From assembly GCA_965238005.1 (NCBI GenBank), contig OZ250165.1, forward strand, positions 3,904,001-3,968,000: a stretch of DNA of 64,000 bases, read 5' to 3'. Positions 1 to 10,214 of the stretch are shown here, piece by piece. Origin of the DNA: Longimicrobiales bacterium (GTDB lineage Bacteria > Gemmatimonadota > Gemmatimonadetes > Longimicrobiales > Gaopeijiaceae). The notes beneath the pieces are model-generated. The model was given only the letters and a program-made list of their open reading frames with translations, did not search any database and had not been told where the DNA came from. A program made the position numbers and the translations under genes. Positions within the stretch are counted from its first letter, which is position 1. Each line of letters starts with the position of its first letter.

Positions 1-1198
1 CGGCGCCGGACCGGTGGTGCATGCCCGTGGCCACGACGGCGGCCACGCCACCTCCCGCGAAGATCTTGTCGCCGAAGGCGTCCCTGGTAACCGTCTCCGT
101 TAGGCGGATCCGGCGGGGGGCGTCGAGCCCGTACGTATCTTCCTGGCCGCGATATACGTACACCGTCCCCATGTCGTTCCCCCGGGGAGCCGGCGCGCCC
201 ACCCAGACGTCGTTACCGTCGAGGGCTACGGCATCGCCGAAGCGATCGCCAGCGACGCTGCTGAACGCCGCGAGCCGCGACTGCTGGGACCATGCTCCCG
301 TACCGGGGTCACGGCGGAAGAGGAAGGCGGCTCCGTGGCCCTCCCCACTGCCTGGAGAGCCGATCGCCGCAACGTCGCCCTGCATTGCGATGGAAATCCC
401 GAAGTTGGCGCCCCGCTCGATTCTGGAATCGAGCATTCCGGTCTCTCGCCACTGGCCGTCCTCCAGGCGGAACTCGTAGACGCGGCCCGCGCCCTCGATC
501 TTGTCGTCACCGGTGACGCTCCAATTCGGTGCGCCGATGAGCGCTCGCCCGTCCGCGAGGACGATGGTGGCGCCGAAGCGGTCACTCTCCACGCCGTCGG
601 CAGGCCGTAGGCTCCCCCGCTGGGTCCAGGTACCATCTGCGCCCTTTTGAAACGCATGGACGACGCCGGGCGGAATTTCGGGCAGGGGCTCCGCGGGGGT
701 ACCTGGGCGACGCCGTCGAGGTGTGGGAATCGTGCCCGGCTCGCCCACCAGCAGCCAGTCGCCATGCGTGGCAAGCTCGATTCCGAACTCGGTGCCGCAG
801 TACCCGTACTCGTTGCACCCCGGATCCGTGCCGTTCACGCCGTCCCCGGAGACGGTGCCGGTGTGGCGCCAGCGCTGGCCGTCCCTCTCATAGGTGTGGA
901 GCGGGCCACCCCGCTGACCCACGATGAGCGTGTTCCCGGTGGCGGCCAGGACGGTACCGAAGCCGTCGGCCCGCTCCGTGTCGGGCGCGTGGATCTGCGC
1001 CGCCTCCTGCCAGTCATCGCCCACCTTGCGGTATACGTAGACGGCGCCCGCCCGGAAGTTGGTGTTGGGCTCTGCGATAATCAGCTCGTCATCGCCGACG
1101 ACGATGGCATGCCCAAACGAGCCCGACTGGGCGAGGGTGGGCACTCCCGCCACCGCGAGCAGAGCCAGGGACATCAGAAGTGGGCGCAGTGAACGCAT
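1..1198 (-). CDS. Secreted FG-GAP/beta-propeller repeat protein (3' end outside window)
   Basis: ATG at 1198 after GGAGG; signal peptide MRSLRPLLMSLALLAVAG; repeated FGxAV(A)L...VGAP motifs (e.g. GDRFGDAVALDGNDVWVGAP). Absent from the ORF track because it runs off the window. Confidence 0.8.
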   Translation of the reverse strand, partial: MRSLRPLLMSLALLAVAGVPTLAQSGSFGHAIVVGDDELIIAEPNTNFRAGAVYVYRKVGDDWQEAAQIHAPDTERADGFGTVLAATGNTLIVGQRGGPLHTYERDGQRWRHTGTVSGDGVNGTDPGCNEYGYCGTEFGIELATHGDWLLVGEPGTIPTPRRRRPGTPAEPLPEIPPGVVHAFQKGADGTWTQRGSLRPADGVESDRFGATIVLADGRALIGAPNWSVTGDDKIEGAGRVYEFRLEDGQWRETGMLDSRIERGANFGISIAMQGDVAAIGSPGSGEGHGAAFLFRRDPGTGAWSQQSRLAAFSSVAGDRFGDAVALDGNDVWVGAPAPRGNDMGTVYVYRGQEDTYGLDAPRRIRLTETVTRDAFGDKIFAGGGVAAVVATGMHHRSGA

Positions 1199-1317
1199 GG
1201 TACCTCCAGGATGGCAAACGTGATGTCGACGGCTTACGGGTGGAGACCTACGTCCCCGCCGAGCATCGGTCGATGCGCAAGGTACGGTTGCGTGCCGAAG
1301 ACGGCTAGAACGGCCAC

Positions 1318-1503
1318 TCACGATTTCCGCATCGTGGGGCGAAGGCGCTCAACCACCTCCGACGTGTAGACCGTGCGGAACTCGGCGACGGCTCCCGTGA
1401 GCAGCTTGGCGTTCTGCAGCGCCTGCGTTCTCACGAGCTGGGTCTGGAGTCCCTGGACATGTGCCACGGTGACGGCAATCGCCGCCAGGAAGAGGGGCGC
1501 CGC
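1318..1503 (-). pseudogene. Remnant of the N-terminus of a membrane sensor (DUF3365/Tll0287-like)
   Basis: Startless frame reading LFLAAIAVTVAHVQGLQTQLVRTQALQNAKLLTGAVAEFRTVYTSEVVERLRP. Confidence 0.4.
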
Positions 1504-1509
1504 TCATGA

Positions 1510-1944
1510 TCAGCCACCCGCCTCAGGGAATCGCACCCCGTACTCGGCGCCGATCTCGACGTACCTCTCCGGATCTGCGGCCATCTGAGAGAACATCTTC
1601 TCGATCCCGGCCGGCGCGAACAGAATCAGCATGCGTACGATCTGCTCGGTGCGGTTCTTGAAGTTGTGAACTGCCCCGCGTGGGACATTCAGGAAGGTGC
1701 CAGGGCCGGCCTCGACCTCTTCACCGTCCACCCAGAACGTTACGGTCCCCTCAACGATGAAGAAGCCCTCGTCTTCCCGGGTCTGGACATGCGGCGGCGG
1801 ACCCGCGTCAGGTGGCACAACCGCCTCCATCATGAAGTAGCTGCCGGACGTGTCGCGCCCGGTAGCCAGGTACCGGTACTCGTCTCCCGCGCCCCGAGTG
1901 GTCGTCGCCTGGTCGCCTGGACGTACGACCTTGGCGGTGCTCAC
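1510..1944 (-). CDS. Cupin domain protein
   Basis: PPPHVQTREDEGFFIVEG and VPRGAVHNFKN cupin motifs. Confidence 0.85.
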   Translation of the reverse strand: MSTAKVVRPGDQATTTRGAGDEYRYLATGRDTSGSYFMMEAVVPPDAGPPPHVQTREDEGFFIVEGTVTFWVDGEEVEAGPGTFLNVPRGAVHNFKNRTEQIVRMLILFAPAGIEKMFSQMAADPERYVEIGAEYGVRFPEAGG

Positions 1945-2031
1945 GCCCCCACCTGTGCAGTTCCGCATTGGGCGTCAGCCCAAGCTTCGGAGCGCCTCCA
2001 CGGACCGGACGGCATCGTGTCCTCCTTTCTA

Positions 2032-2384
2032 GAGGCCTGTTGAAGAAGTGGGGCGAGCCGCGTTAGGAGCGCCGACAAGCGCTAGCGCGCTTGTTACCGG
2101 CCAGATCCTAGGCGGTGCCCCGAAGGCATAGCAATAGCTACGTCGAGGGGCGCCAACAACGGAGATGGCCCCGTGCCGCCCTAACCCGAAGGGCGAAGGG
2201 GGGTTGCGGGCCCATAGCGCGTCTCTCTTCCTCGCCGTAGCCATGCTACGCCTCGTCATCGTTCGTTCTTCGCCTTCGGCTCAGGTGTCGCGGGTCCGCG
2301 ACGTTCTCTGGTCACCGCAAGACCGGGGTACCCGCGCCGAAGGCGTGGGTCGCGCGGCCGCACCCCACTTCTTCAACAGGCCTC
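2032..2384. mobile_element. MITE family A (353 bp, non-coding)
   Basis: Perfect 22-bp terminal inverted repeats GAGGCCTGTTGAAGAAGTGGGG at 2032-2053 and 2363-2384; one end recurs at 40366. Confidence 0.8.
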
Positions 2385-2415
2385 GAGACATGCCAATAGT
2401 TGGCATGCCGACTCT

Positions 2416-3099
2416 TTGGGGAAAGGGCGCCTATTCGAGCAGTCGCTCGCGCACCGCGATCGCTTGCAATTTGCGGGGGCGGGCCTAGCACGCCCGGATC
2501 TCGCATTCGGTGTCGTTTTCTTCGGTAGCCGGCTACCACATCGCCCGAGTATCCGCCAAGCCATCCGCTTCATCGTCCCCTCCCGTGTCGTCTTGTTGAA
2601 TGGACCAGGTCGTTCGCTAGGCGCCACATGGTCCTTCCGGATAGCGCCCTCACGTCCACACCTCGACGTTACCGCGGTCGCCGGGTCGGCCTGCGCGGTC
2701 CTTTCGCTGAGTGGAGCCGGGGTGGTCAAGGCCTTGCGGGGCTCGCCAGCCACGTTCACAACCCTACTGGCCAGTTATGATCGCGACCTGGCGATCGCCC
2801 GTCGCATCGCCGGCTCCTCCGGCTCTTCATCGAGAGCTCGCATTGCCGATGTTCTCCTCGACCTGGCGTATCGCCTCGGCGACGACGACGGCCGTCGGAT
2901 CCGACTCGAGCACTGGTTCACTCACCAGGAGATTGCCGAGCTTGCCGGAGTACACCGCTCGACGGTGACGACGGCCCTGAATAGCTGGATCTACGAGGGT
3001 GTTCTGGTGCAACGGCCCCGGGCACTCATCGCTGCCAAGCGGGGAGCCCTACGCAAAGTGGGAACGGAGGCATCCAGAAAGCGCGCATCCAAGACCTGA
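2416..3099 (+). CDS. Crp/Fnr-family HTH protein, N-terminus degenerate or uncertain
   Basis: C-terminal RARIADVLLDLA...FTHQEIAELAGVHRSTVTTAL Crp-type HTH; weak start next to the MITE. Confidence 0.6.
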   Translation: MGKGRLFEQSLAHRDRLQFAGAGLARPDLAFGVVFFGSRLPHRPSIRQAIRFIVPSRVVLLNGPGRSLGATWSFRIAPSRPHLDVTAVAGSACAVLSLSGAGVVKALRGSPATFTTLLASYDRDLAIARRIAGSSGSSSRARIADVLLDLAYRLGDDDGRRIRLEHWFTHQEIAELAGVHRSTVTTALNSWIYEGVLVQRPRALIAAKRGALRKVGTEASRKRASKT

Positions 3100-3122
3100 C
3101 TCTCACGAGCCGATCGAGCGGG

Positions 3123-3419
3123 ATGTGTGCGAGCGCGCCGCTGTCAGCCCGCGAGCAGGAGTATCTTCGGGCGATGGCAGAGCTTGGGGCGGGCCCACAC
3201 CGGTCAGGTGACATCGCGGCAACTCTTGGGGTCCCTGTTACCACGGCAGCGCCCATCCGGACGGGCCTAATTCGTAAGGGGATGGTCTGGAGTCCAGCGC
3301 ATGGAGACACCGCCTTCACGGTTCCGATGTTCCATGAGTACCTACTACGGGCAATGCCGAACTGGACATCACAAGACGGGGATGACGAGCCCGCGGTGAA
3401 CTGTGCCGCTGCCGCATAA
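3123..3419 (+). pseudogene. C-terminal winged-helix fragment of an AAA ATPase
   Basis: EQEYLRAMAELG...RSGDIA...LIRKGMVWSPAHGDTAFTVPMF resembles the tail of AAA-ATPase proteins; no P-loop upstream. Confidence 0.55.
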
Positions 3420-3797
3420 CAAGGAATTGTAGCTGTCGCGGTGAACATCAGGGTCGCGTGCCGCGTTGCGCGAGGCGGATAGCCGCTTCACGCCCTTGCT
3501 TGTTCGGTCGAAGCCATGGCATGATATCCGCGGGTTCCCGGCTCTCCAGAGGAGTGATACTCCGTTGGACGTTTTCCGACACAGAGTCATGACAGAGGGA
3601 GGTTAGAAATGAGCTGTCTCTTCTGTGGGCAGATGGCGGTGGCGGTTTGTTCACACTGCAGCGTTGCTCTCTGCAGGGAGCACTTGGCGGAGAGAAAACG
3701 GCATCAGATAGGAGGGATGACCTATGGGTGTCCGCACACGGTCCCATCAACCCGTCCTCAGAGCGAATGAGTAGTCATTCCAGCCAAGACATGAACG

Positions 3798-3847
3798 GTC
3801 GTCACCTCTGCAATTCTCAGTAGTCGTCACGCCTGCAATTCTCAGTA
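3798..3847 (+). repeat. 25-bp tandem duplication just upstream of the Dps-like gene RBS
   Basis: GTCGTCACCTCTGCAATTCTCAGTA followed by GTCGTCACGCCTGCAATTCTCAGTA, then AAGGAG. Confidence 0.85.
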
Positions 3848-3859
3848 AAGGAGAGGCAA

Positions 3860-4498
3860 ATGGGTAAGGTTGCACGACAGATGGTCGAGGAAGCCGGGCT
3901 CAACGTCGATGAGCTGCTAGATAAGCTCGTTGCCGCCGCTAGTGCTGAATTCACAACGTTTTACTACTACACGATCTTACGCGTGAATTCGATCGGCCAC
4001 GAGGGAGAAGGCATGAAGGAGATCATCGAGGACGCCCGTATTGAGGACCGAAACCACTTTGAGGCGCTCGTACCCCGGATCTACGAGCTCGGGGGCAAGC
4101 TTCCAGACGACATCCGGACCTTCGCCGATCGCGCTGGCTGTCCGGATGCCTATCTCCCCGACACCCTTGGAGGTGTGCCCACCGAACGGCACGGCTCTGG
4201 CGAGACGGCTTTTGGTGCCTACCCGGGTGCCCAGGCCACCGCTATTCAAGACCTGCTCACAGTGTTAGTGGAGGCGGAGCGCTGCGCCGTCCGCACGTAC
4301 ACTGATCTCTGCAACTACACCTTCGGCAAGGACCACCGGACATATGCGCTTTGCCTCGCAATCCTGCATGAGGAGATTGAGCATGAGGGCTGGTTCGGTG
4401 AGTTCCTCAACGAAGGCCCTTCTGGTCACTTCCGACGGGGCGCGCCGGGGGAGTCACCGTACGTGCGTACCTTCATGACCGCCGACGTTGGGAAGTAG
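3860..4498 (+). CDS. dps: Dps-like (DPSL) ferritin-superfamily protein
   Basis: AEFTTFYYYTILR, EDARIEDRNHFEALVPRIYELGG, EAERCA, HEEIEHE di-iron motifs; strong RBS. Confidence 0.9.
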   Translation: MGKVARQMVEEAGLNVDELLDKLVAAASAEFTTFYYYTILRVNSIGHEGEGMKEIIEDARIEDRNHFEALVPRIYELGGKLPDDIRTFADRAGCPDAYLPDTLGGVPTERHGSGETAFGAYPGAQATAIQDLLTVLVEAERCAVRTYTDLCNYTFGKDHRTYALCLAILHEEIEHEGWFGEFLNEGPSGHFRRGAPGESPYVRTFMTADVGK

Positions 4499-4585
4499 TC
4501 GTAGGGGGATGGTGTCGAAAGGGACGTGAGTCTGATTAAGCGCCCTCGATAGCCTCCTCGTCCCTCCTCCGTCCGGAGCGCAGTT

Positions 4586-4960
4586 GTGGAGCACTCACCG
4601 GGTGACAGGTATCTAAACGTGCTTGCGTCCGGAGACTTGACGCCAGGCCAAATGCGGGAAGTCTTGGCGGGCACTCATCGCGTTGTCGTTGGACGCCTCT
4701 ACGACGGTACGGTGGTTGCCTTCGCGTCTCGCTGTCCGCACGAGGCGGCTCCACTGGTCCAGGGCACTATCCGTGGTGGTTCCATCGACTGTGCTCGGCA
4801 TCATTACATGTTCGATGTGTGCACCGGGGAGAACACCTTTCCGCTACCTATCTACCCAGGCTGGAAGCGTGCTCAGGTCGGTGACCTGAGACTGCCCATC
4901 TTTCCGGTCATCGAGCGAGATGGCTGGATTGCTGTCGAACCTAGGTGTACGCCGAGTTAG
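4586..4960 (+). CDS. Rieske [2Fe-2S] ferredoxin
   Basis: CPH...CARH Rieske ligands. Confidence 0.85.
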   Translation: MEHSPGDRYLNVLASGDLTPGQMREVLAGTHRVVVGRLYDGTVVAFASRCPHEAAPLVQGTIRGGSIDCARHHYMFDVCTGENTFPLPIYPGWKRAQVGDLRLPIFPVIERDGWIAVEPRCTPS

Positions 4961-5175
4961 TGAGGCCGTCTCCCCGCTCATCCTCGTCACCAACTTCTTC
5001 GAGGAATTGAAGGAGCGGGTGGGGAATTGACCCGTCAGATCCCCTGGCTTCGCGTCTTCGTGGAAGGCGTGGTGATCGTCGGCAAACCCGCTCCGCGACA
5101 ACTTGTTCTTCGAGCCCCCGTGTGCATAAGGTCGGCATACGACGACACAAGGATATTCAGCGTAGAGACTCCATC

Positions 5176-5495
5176 ATGAGCGCATCCTCGACTTGGCGGC
5201 TCTTCAGGCGGACGGTGCTCGTCGCTCTGCTTGCCGGCACCTCCTCGTGCGCGGCACCGCCGATGCGGCTTCCGCTCGCGGTGCCGCTCGCGGCAGTCGG
5301 TGGAAGTCGGTCGGCAACCCCGCAAGGCTTGTGGGCGTTGGCCGAATTCGGGGACGGCGTGTGGGGGCAGGAGCAGGAGCGAGTCGAGGTTTACGGCGTT
5401 GGCGTCGGCTTCGCCATGCGGGACCGGTTCGAGTTCAACGTCTCGGGCTACCAGCCCACCGTGATGCAGACGATCACGCAAAGCCCGTGGGAGTC
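5176..5495 (+). pseudogene. Lipoprotein gene truncated by IS3 end
   Basis: Signal peptide ending in Cys (VLVALLAGTSSC); frame runs into the IS inverted repeat at 5496. Confidence 0.5.
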
Positions 5496-6484
5496 TGGGC
5501 CTACCCCGGTTCGGTGGACAGGTGAACGCTTGTGTGTTTTCTCTCTCTTCAAAGGCCGATGGAGTCAGAGGCTTCCGCAGCGCCAGCGGCGCTGGGGAGT
5601 AGAAGCAAGCCGGGCTCCGCGGAGGTTGTCGTAGGGCCGATGTCCTGGGGAGCCCAGGTGTTCTCGGCCGCGCGCTCGCGGTTGTTTTCGAAGTTGATGG
5701 GCGACTCGTACCCGAGGGCTGAGTGGCGCCGATGCGGGTTGTACCAGCCCTCGATGTAGCGGAATAGCTCCATCCTCGCCTCGGCCGGAGTCCGGAACGT
5801 ACGGCGGTCGATGAGCTCACATTCGAGGCTCGCGAAAAACGATTCGCACATCGCATTGTCGAGGGCGTCTCCGACTGAGCCCATCGAGGGCCGGACACCC
5901 ACCTCATCGCACCGACGTCCGAAGGCTACCGACGTGTACTGGCTCCCCTGGTCGGAGTGGTGGATGACCGCCTCGGGCTTCCTCTGCCACAGGGCCATGT
6001 TGAGCGCCTCGAGCACGAGCTCGGTTCTCAGGTGCGTCGCCATCGCCCAGCCCACGATCCGCCGGCTCCACACGTCCAACACCACGGCCAGGTACAGGAA
6101 GCCCGCCCACGTCCCGACGTACGTGATGTCCGCGACCCAGAGCTGGTCAGGACCGCTCGCCGTGAAGTCTCGATCCACCAGGTCCGGTGCCGGTCGCCGA
6201 TCCTTGCCTCGTACCGTCGTCTTCGCCCCACGTCGTCGACTCACGCCCTGAATCTCCGCCTCCCTCATCACGCGAGCCACCCGATTCTCGCTCGCCGCGG
6301 GGCCTCGCGCCTTCAGCTCCTCCGTCATCCTCGGAGCTCCGTACGTCCCGTCGCTCTCGGCGTGGATCTCATGGATCTCCTCAAGCAACGCAGCATTCGC
6401 CTTCTCACACTCCGAAGGCTCACGCTCGAGCCACGCATAGTATCCGCTGGTGGAGACGCCCAGCACCCGACAGGTGGTCGTTAC
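5496..6484 (-). mobile_element. Truncated IS3-family element (orfB and right end only)
   Basis: WVADITYV, HHSDQGSQYTS, DNAMCESFF DDE motifs; end TGGGCCTACCCCGGTTCGGTGGACA resembles the ends of the IS at 11221-12565; orfA missing. Confidence 0.9.
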
Positions 6485-6586
6485 TGAAGATTCTTGTCGG
6501 GTGATCACCGGATCATGAATTCATCCGGTGGTCACCTGCACCTTGTCCTGCCTTCTGCTTGGATGAGAGCCCAGCACCCGAACCGC

Positions 6587-8134
6587 TCAATAGGAAATGA
6601 ACCCAACCTTCCGCACATTCCCATCCCTATCAACCGAATATCCATCGGGCTCACCATCCTCCCAGGTCAGATCCGGCAACATACCCTCGAGCACCTGCCG
6701 GTGATCCTGGATGATCTCCTTGTTCACCTTCTTGTATGCCACGTTGTCCCACTCGTTTGGATCGTTATCGTGATCGTAGAGTTCCTCCAGATTGATATCA
6801 GGATAATAGATGTAGCGGTACCGTTTACTTCTCACGGTATGCCCGATGACCGGTTCATCGGTCCAACTGAACTGATAGCTGGTCACTACCGGTGGAGTTG
6901 TTCTTTCCGGATCCTCGAGTTGAGGTACCAGGCTTCTTCCATCCAGGTGTGAAGGCAGATCATATCCAGCGAGGTCAACCAGGGTTGGATAGAGATCCAT
7001 CAAGCTCACCGGCTGGTCGCTTTTCGCTCCAGTCTGGGTCATCCCGGGAGCTGAAATGATCAGCGGTACCCGAGTCGATCTTTCCCAAAGAGTGAATTTC
7101 TCGATATTTTCCTTTTCACCCATATGCATGCCGTGGTCAGACCACAACACCAAGATGGTGTTGTGGGCATGCTCCGAATGCTCAAAGGCATCCAACAATC
7201 TACCCAGTATGGCGTCGGTAAACGTTATCGACGCAGCGTATGCTTGGACCACTTTGTCCCATTGCTGGTTATCCACCACCCACTGGTGGATCCAGCGGCG
7301 ACCATGGTCAAAGGCGTCCTCGAGATCATCCTCTTTGATCTCGGGCAGTACGATGTCCTCCAAGGGATACATGTCGAAATACTTCTGCGGCACCTCCCAG
7401 GGGTCATGCGGTTTCCAGGTTCCCACCGCCAAGAAAAAAGGTTGGTCGTGTTCTTGGCTGAGCTGGTAACGGGCCCAGTCGACGACATGATAGTCAGCCA
7501 TTTTTTCGTCCTGGACCGCCACCGGACCCCAGGTCCACCAGCCGTCTTCTCCACCGGGCCGGGTCGTGTTGTCCACCTCGGGCGGGTAAATCACCTCCTT
7601 GGGAGCCCGGATCTGGTAGGGGTGGGAGATGTAGGAACTCGGGTAATAAAAGTCCCAGTTGGCCGGTTCGACCTGGCTGGTGGGTGCCCATGGTGGGGCC
7701 TGGCTGTGATAGATCTTCCCAGCTCCCAAGGTCTTGTAACCACGGTTTTTGAAAAACTGCTCGAGGGTTTCCACCTCCCTCAGAGCCTCGAATTCCCGCC
7801 ACCTGGGTCCGTCTCCCCAGAAGACGTTCTCCGCCCCTGACCTGGCGTGATGGACTCCGCTGAGAATGGCAGCCCTGGTGGGGGCACAGGCCGGGGCCGG
7901 GGTGTGAGCGTTGGTGAAGACCATGGAGGACGCTGCAAGGCGATCCAGGTTGGGGGTATGGATCGTCATGCCCGGATGACCCTTCATAAACCCAACCCAG
8001 TCGTTCAAGTCGTCCACTGCGATAAATAGGATGTTGGGCTTCGACTCAGTACTTGGGTTCTGAGCGTTTCCGAGGTGGGTATCTACAAGGACCAGGCCAG
8101 CCAGCACGAATAATTTGAGAATACGGAACGTCAT
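6587..8134 (-). CDS. Sulfatase (iduronate/choline sulfatase-like), secreted
   Basis: PNILFIAVDDLN, CAPTR (CxPxR), GKIYH, WSDHG motifs; signal peptide. Confidence 0.92.
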   Translation of the reverse strand: MTFRILKLFVLAGLVLVDTHLGNAQNPSTESKPNILFIAVDDLNDWVGFMKGHPGMTIHTPNLDRLAASSMVFTNAHTPAPACAPTRAAILSGVHHARSGAENVFWGDGPRWREFEALREVETLEQFFKNRGYKTLGAGKIYHSQAPPWAPTSQVEPANWDFYYPSSYISHPYQIRAPKEVIYPPEVDNTTRPGGEDGWWTWGPVAVQDEKMADYHVVDWARYQLSQEHDQPFFLAVGTWKPHDPWEVPQKYFDMYPLEDIVLPEIKEDDLEDAFDHGRRWIHQWVVDNQQWDKVVQAYAASITFTDAILGRLLDAFEHSEHAHNTILVLWSDHGMHMGEKENIEKFTLWERSTRVPLIISAPGMTQTGAKSDQPVSLMDLYPTLVDLAGYDLPSHLDGRSLVPQLEDPERTTPPVVTSYQFSWTDEPVIGHTVRSKRYRYIYYPDINLEELYDHDNDPNEWDNVAYKKVNKEIIQDHRQVLEGMLPDLTWEDGEPDGYSVDRDGNVRKVGFISY

Positions 8135-8696
8135 TGGTTTGAGCTCATCGCGCGCGACGGCTGAGCGCCTACTGGCCGCCGAGTCCCAGGAGGTCGTCCA
8201 TCCGGTACGATGCACATGAGCCGGTTGAGATGCAAGCCGAACTCTACTCCACCCTCACCCTCTTCACAGTCTCACTAGAGAGAGGCAAAGGCCACCCCCC
8301 AGGGCTCATCCGTCCCCACCTCGAACTCCTCATGCACCCACATCATTGCGAGAAACCAATCATGGGCCTCACGAGCAGTGCGGATGCCGTAGGATGGGGA
8401 GAGTCTGAACGAGACGCATGTGGGCTCTATGCAGTTGTCCGGATACTCGCAGTGGATGGTGATACAAGGAGTGGGAGCCGATTGCTGGACTGAGCCAAAC
8501 CCGAAGCTGCTTCGAGGAAGCTATGCCCATGCGCTCAAGCTATGGGTGATGCTGAGGTTGGGCGATGGCTGGATGGGACTACGACTCAGCGCCCGCGGCT
8601 TGAACCAAGGCGTGAGACCCTATGTTGACCGGCCTGGTCCTCCCCTGATGCAATCGCGACCCGTCAAGGGGCTTTTGTCTTGCCTATCCTTACAGC

Positions 8697-9137
8697 CTAG
8701 TTTGGCTGTGCATCGACCACCACCGACGCCGTCCCAGACTCCCTGACGGTGATGGAATCAGGAAAGGTAGTAACTACACCAAAGAACGTTGCCGTGATCG
8801 TCGCACTCCCCACCTCCACGCCCGTGACCAGACCTCCCCAGCCTCCCTCTGCTGTCCCGACGCTCACTGTAGCTACCAAGTCGTCGCTTGATGACCAGGT
8901 GACCGTTTGGTTGAAAATGCTGCCGGGCACACCCTGCACCGTCGCGAGCAGCTCTACCGTCTGGCCCACCATTATCGTGTCGCTCGACGGGCTTACCTCC
9001 ACGGTCACCCCCACCAAAGGCACAGACTCAGACTCAGACTCAGGCTCAGGCTCAGGCTCTGTTGTGCCCCCTCCACAGGAGAACAGTCCTAGCGCAAACA
9101 CCACAGCCGCAACACGCGGCAACACGGAACGTCTCAT
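8697..9137 (-). CDS. Ig-like (Big_2) domain lipoprotein
   Basis: Lipobox LFSC; VTWSSSD..VATV, G.ATITAT motifs; (EP)n(ES)n linker from a hexamer repeat near 9022-9059. Confidence 0.8.
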   Translation of the reverse strand: MRRSVLPRVAAVVFALGLFSCGGGTTEPEPEPESESESVPLVGVTVEVSPSSDTIMVGQTVELLATVQGVPGSIFNQTVTWSSSDDLVATVSVGTAEGGWGGLVTGVEVGSATITATFFGVVTTFPDSITVRESGTASVVVDAQPN

Positions 9138-9424
9138 TGACTTGGTCCCAGTTGCGGTGCCAACTGCTGTGTTGGTGCACCCCCTCCCTGGCCCTGGGGA
9201 TGAGGCCCCCGGATGGCAGGGAGATTTGGTAACAGCGACAGCTTGGACGCCGCTTCGATGGCTCCGGCAGTCAGGCCGCGCACCCAGCCCTCGTGATCGA
9301 TTCCTTGGGTCGTCCGGAAACGCACCCGATCATCGATCCGGATTGGGACCGCCTCCTGCGCGCGTGGTGGCGTACCATAGGCCAGGAAGAGCATCCCCAG
9401 ATGAACTGCTTTACGCATGGTCAC
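9134..9424 (-). CDS. Hypothetical protein, possibly degenerate
   Basis: Signal-like N-terminus; stop overlaps next start (ATGA). Confidence 0.4.
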   Translation of the reverse strand: MTMRKAVHLGMLFLAYGTPPRAQEAVPIRIDDRVRFRTTQGIDHEGWVRGLTAGAIEAASKLSLLPNLPAIRGPHPQGQGGGAPTQQLAPQLGPSQ

Positions 9425-9635
9425 GTCCGACAGCCTTCTTCTTTACGTACCCTCAACATCCGAGAGCAGTCCAGTATGCGCAAGCAGAAGCCCGTCAGAC
9501 GCTTGCAAATGCGATCTGAGCGTCTTCGGGCTTTATTCCGTATCCTGGGTAGGCTGGAGCGTTCGCGATTCTGCTGCTCGACCAAGATGTCGGCCGCAAG
9601 CGAAGCGCGCACCTGCCGGCCTACTGCCACAGCCG

Positions 9636-9926
9636 CTACGGATCGCGCCGGTCGGAATGACCGAGGTCCTTTTCTGGGGCGATACGGTCGCGGATGAGCT
9701 GCTTGAGTTCCTTCAGCTCGGGGAAGCGGCCGCGCTCCTTTCGCGACCATAGTACGTCGCCGTCAGCTCGGACCTCAAAGATCCCGCCAGTTCGTGGGAC
9801 GAGCACCAGTTGGCCGATCTCGGCCTCGAATGTGGTGAGGAGTTCCTGTGCGATCCACGCCGCTCGCATGAGCCAGCGACATTGGGTGCAATAGTGAATC
9901 TCGACTCGGCTCTTCACGGATGACAT
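9636..9926 (-). CDS. SelT/SelW/SelH (Rdx) family protein
   Basis: YCTQCRWLMRAAWIAQELL, GGIFEV, RFPELKELKQLIRD. Confidence 0.92.
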   Translation of the reverse strand: MSSVKSRVEIHYCTQCRWLMRAAWIAQELLTTFEAEIGQLVLVPRTGGIFEVRADGDVLWSRKERGRFPELKELKQLIRDRIAPEKDLGHSDRRDP

Positions 9927-10013
9927 CGCACGGGTTCTCCAGCGTCGCCCAAGGGATCGCGATTCTGCTGTCTGACCACTATGCCGACCAGCGGCGTGAG
10001 CTGGCGCGCGACG

Positions 10014-10214
10014 TTATCGATTCCCTCGTTTGGGTCCTTCCGCCGTTCCGATCACAAACGCGGCGAGTTCAGCCCAACGGACGGGAGACGGCTTCAATTC
10101 TTCGAGAACCTCGTCGGCAGTCGTGCCTCTGAATGGCCCCTCGTGCCCCTTCTTCGCCTTGTACGCCGCCACAGCACGACGGACGACGGGTTGCTCATCA
10201 GGCGTCAAGTCCAT
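10014..10214 (-). CDS. Hypothetical protein (66 aa)
   Basis: Short ORF, no recognisable motif. Confidence 0.35.
   Translation of the reverse strand: MDLTPDEQPVVRRAVAAYKAKKGHEGPFRGTTADEVLEELKPSPVRWAELAAFVIGTAEGPKRGNR

Noticed and set aside
9636..9926. Selenoprotein
   Set aside because: The motif is CTQC with no in-frame TGA.
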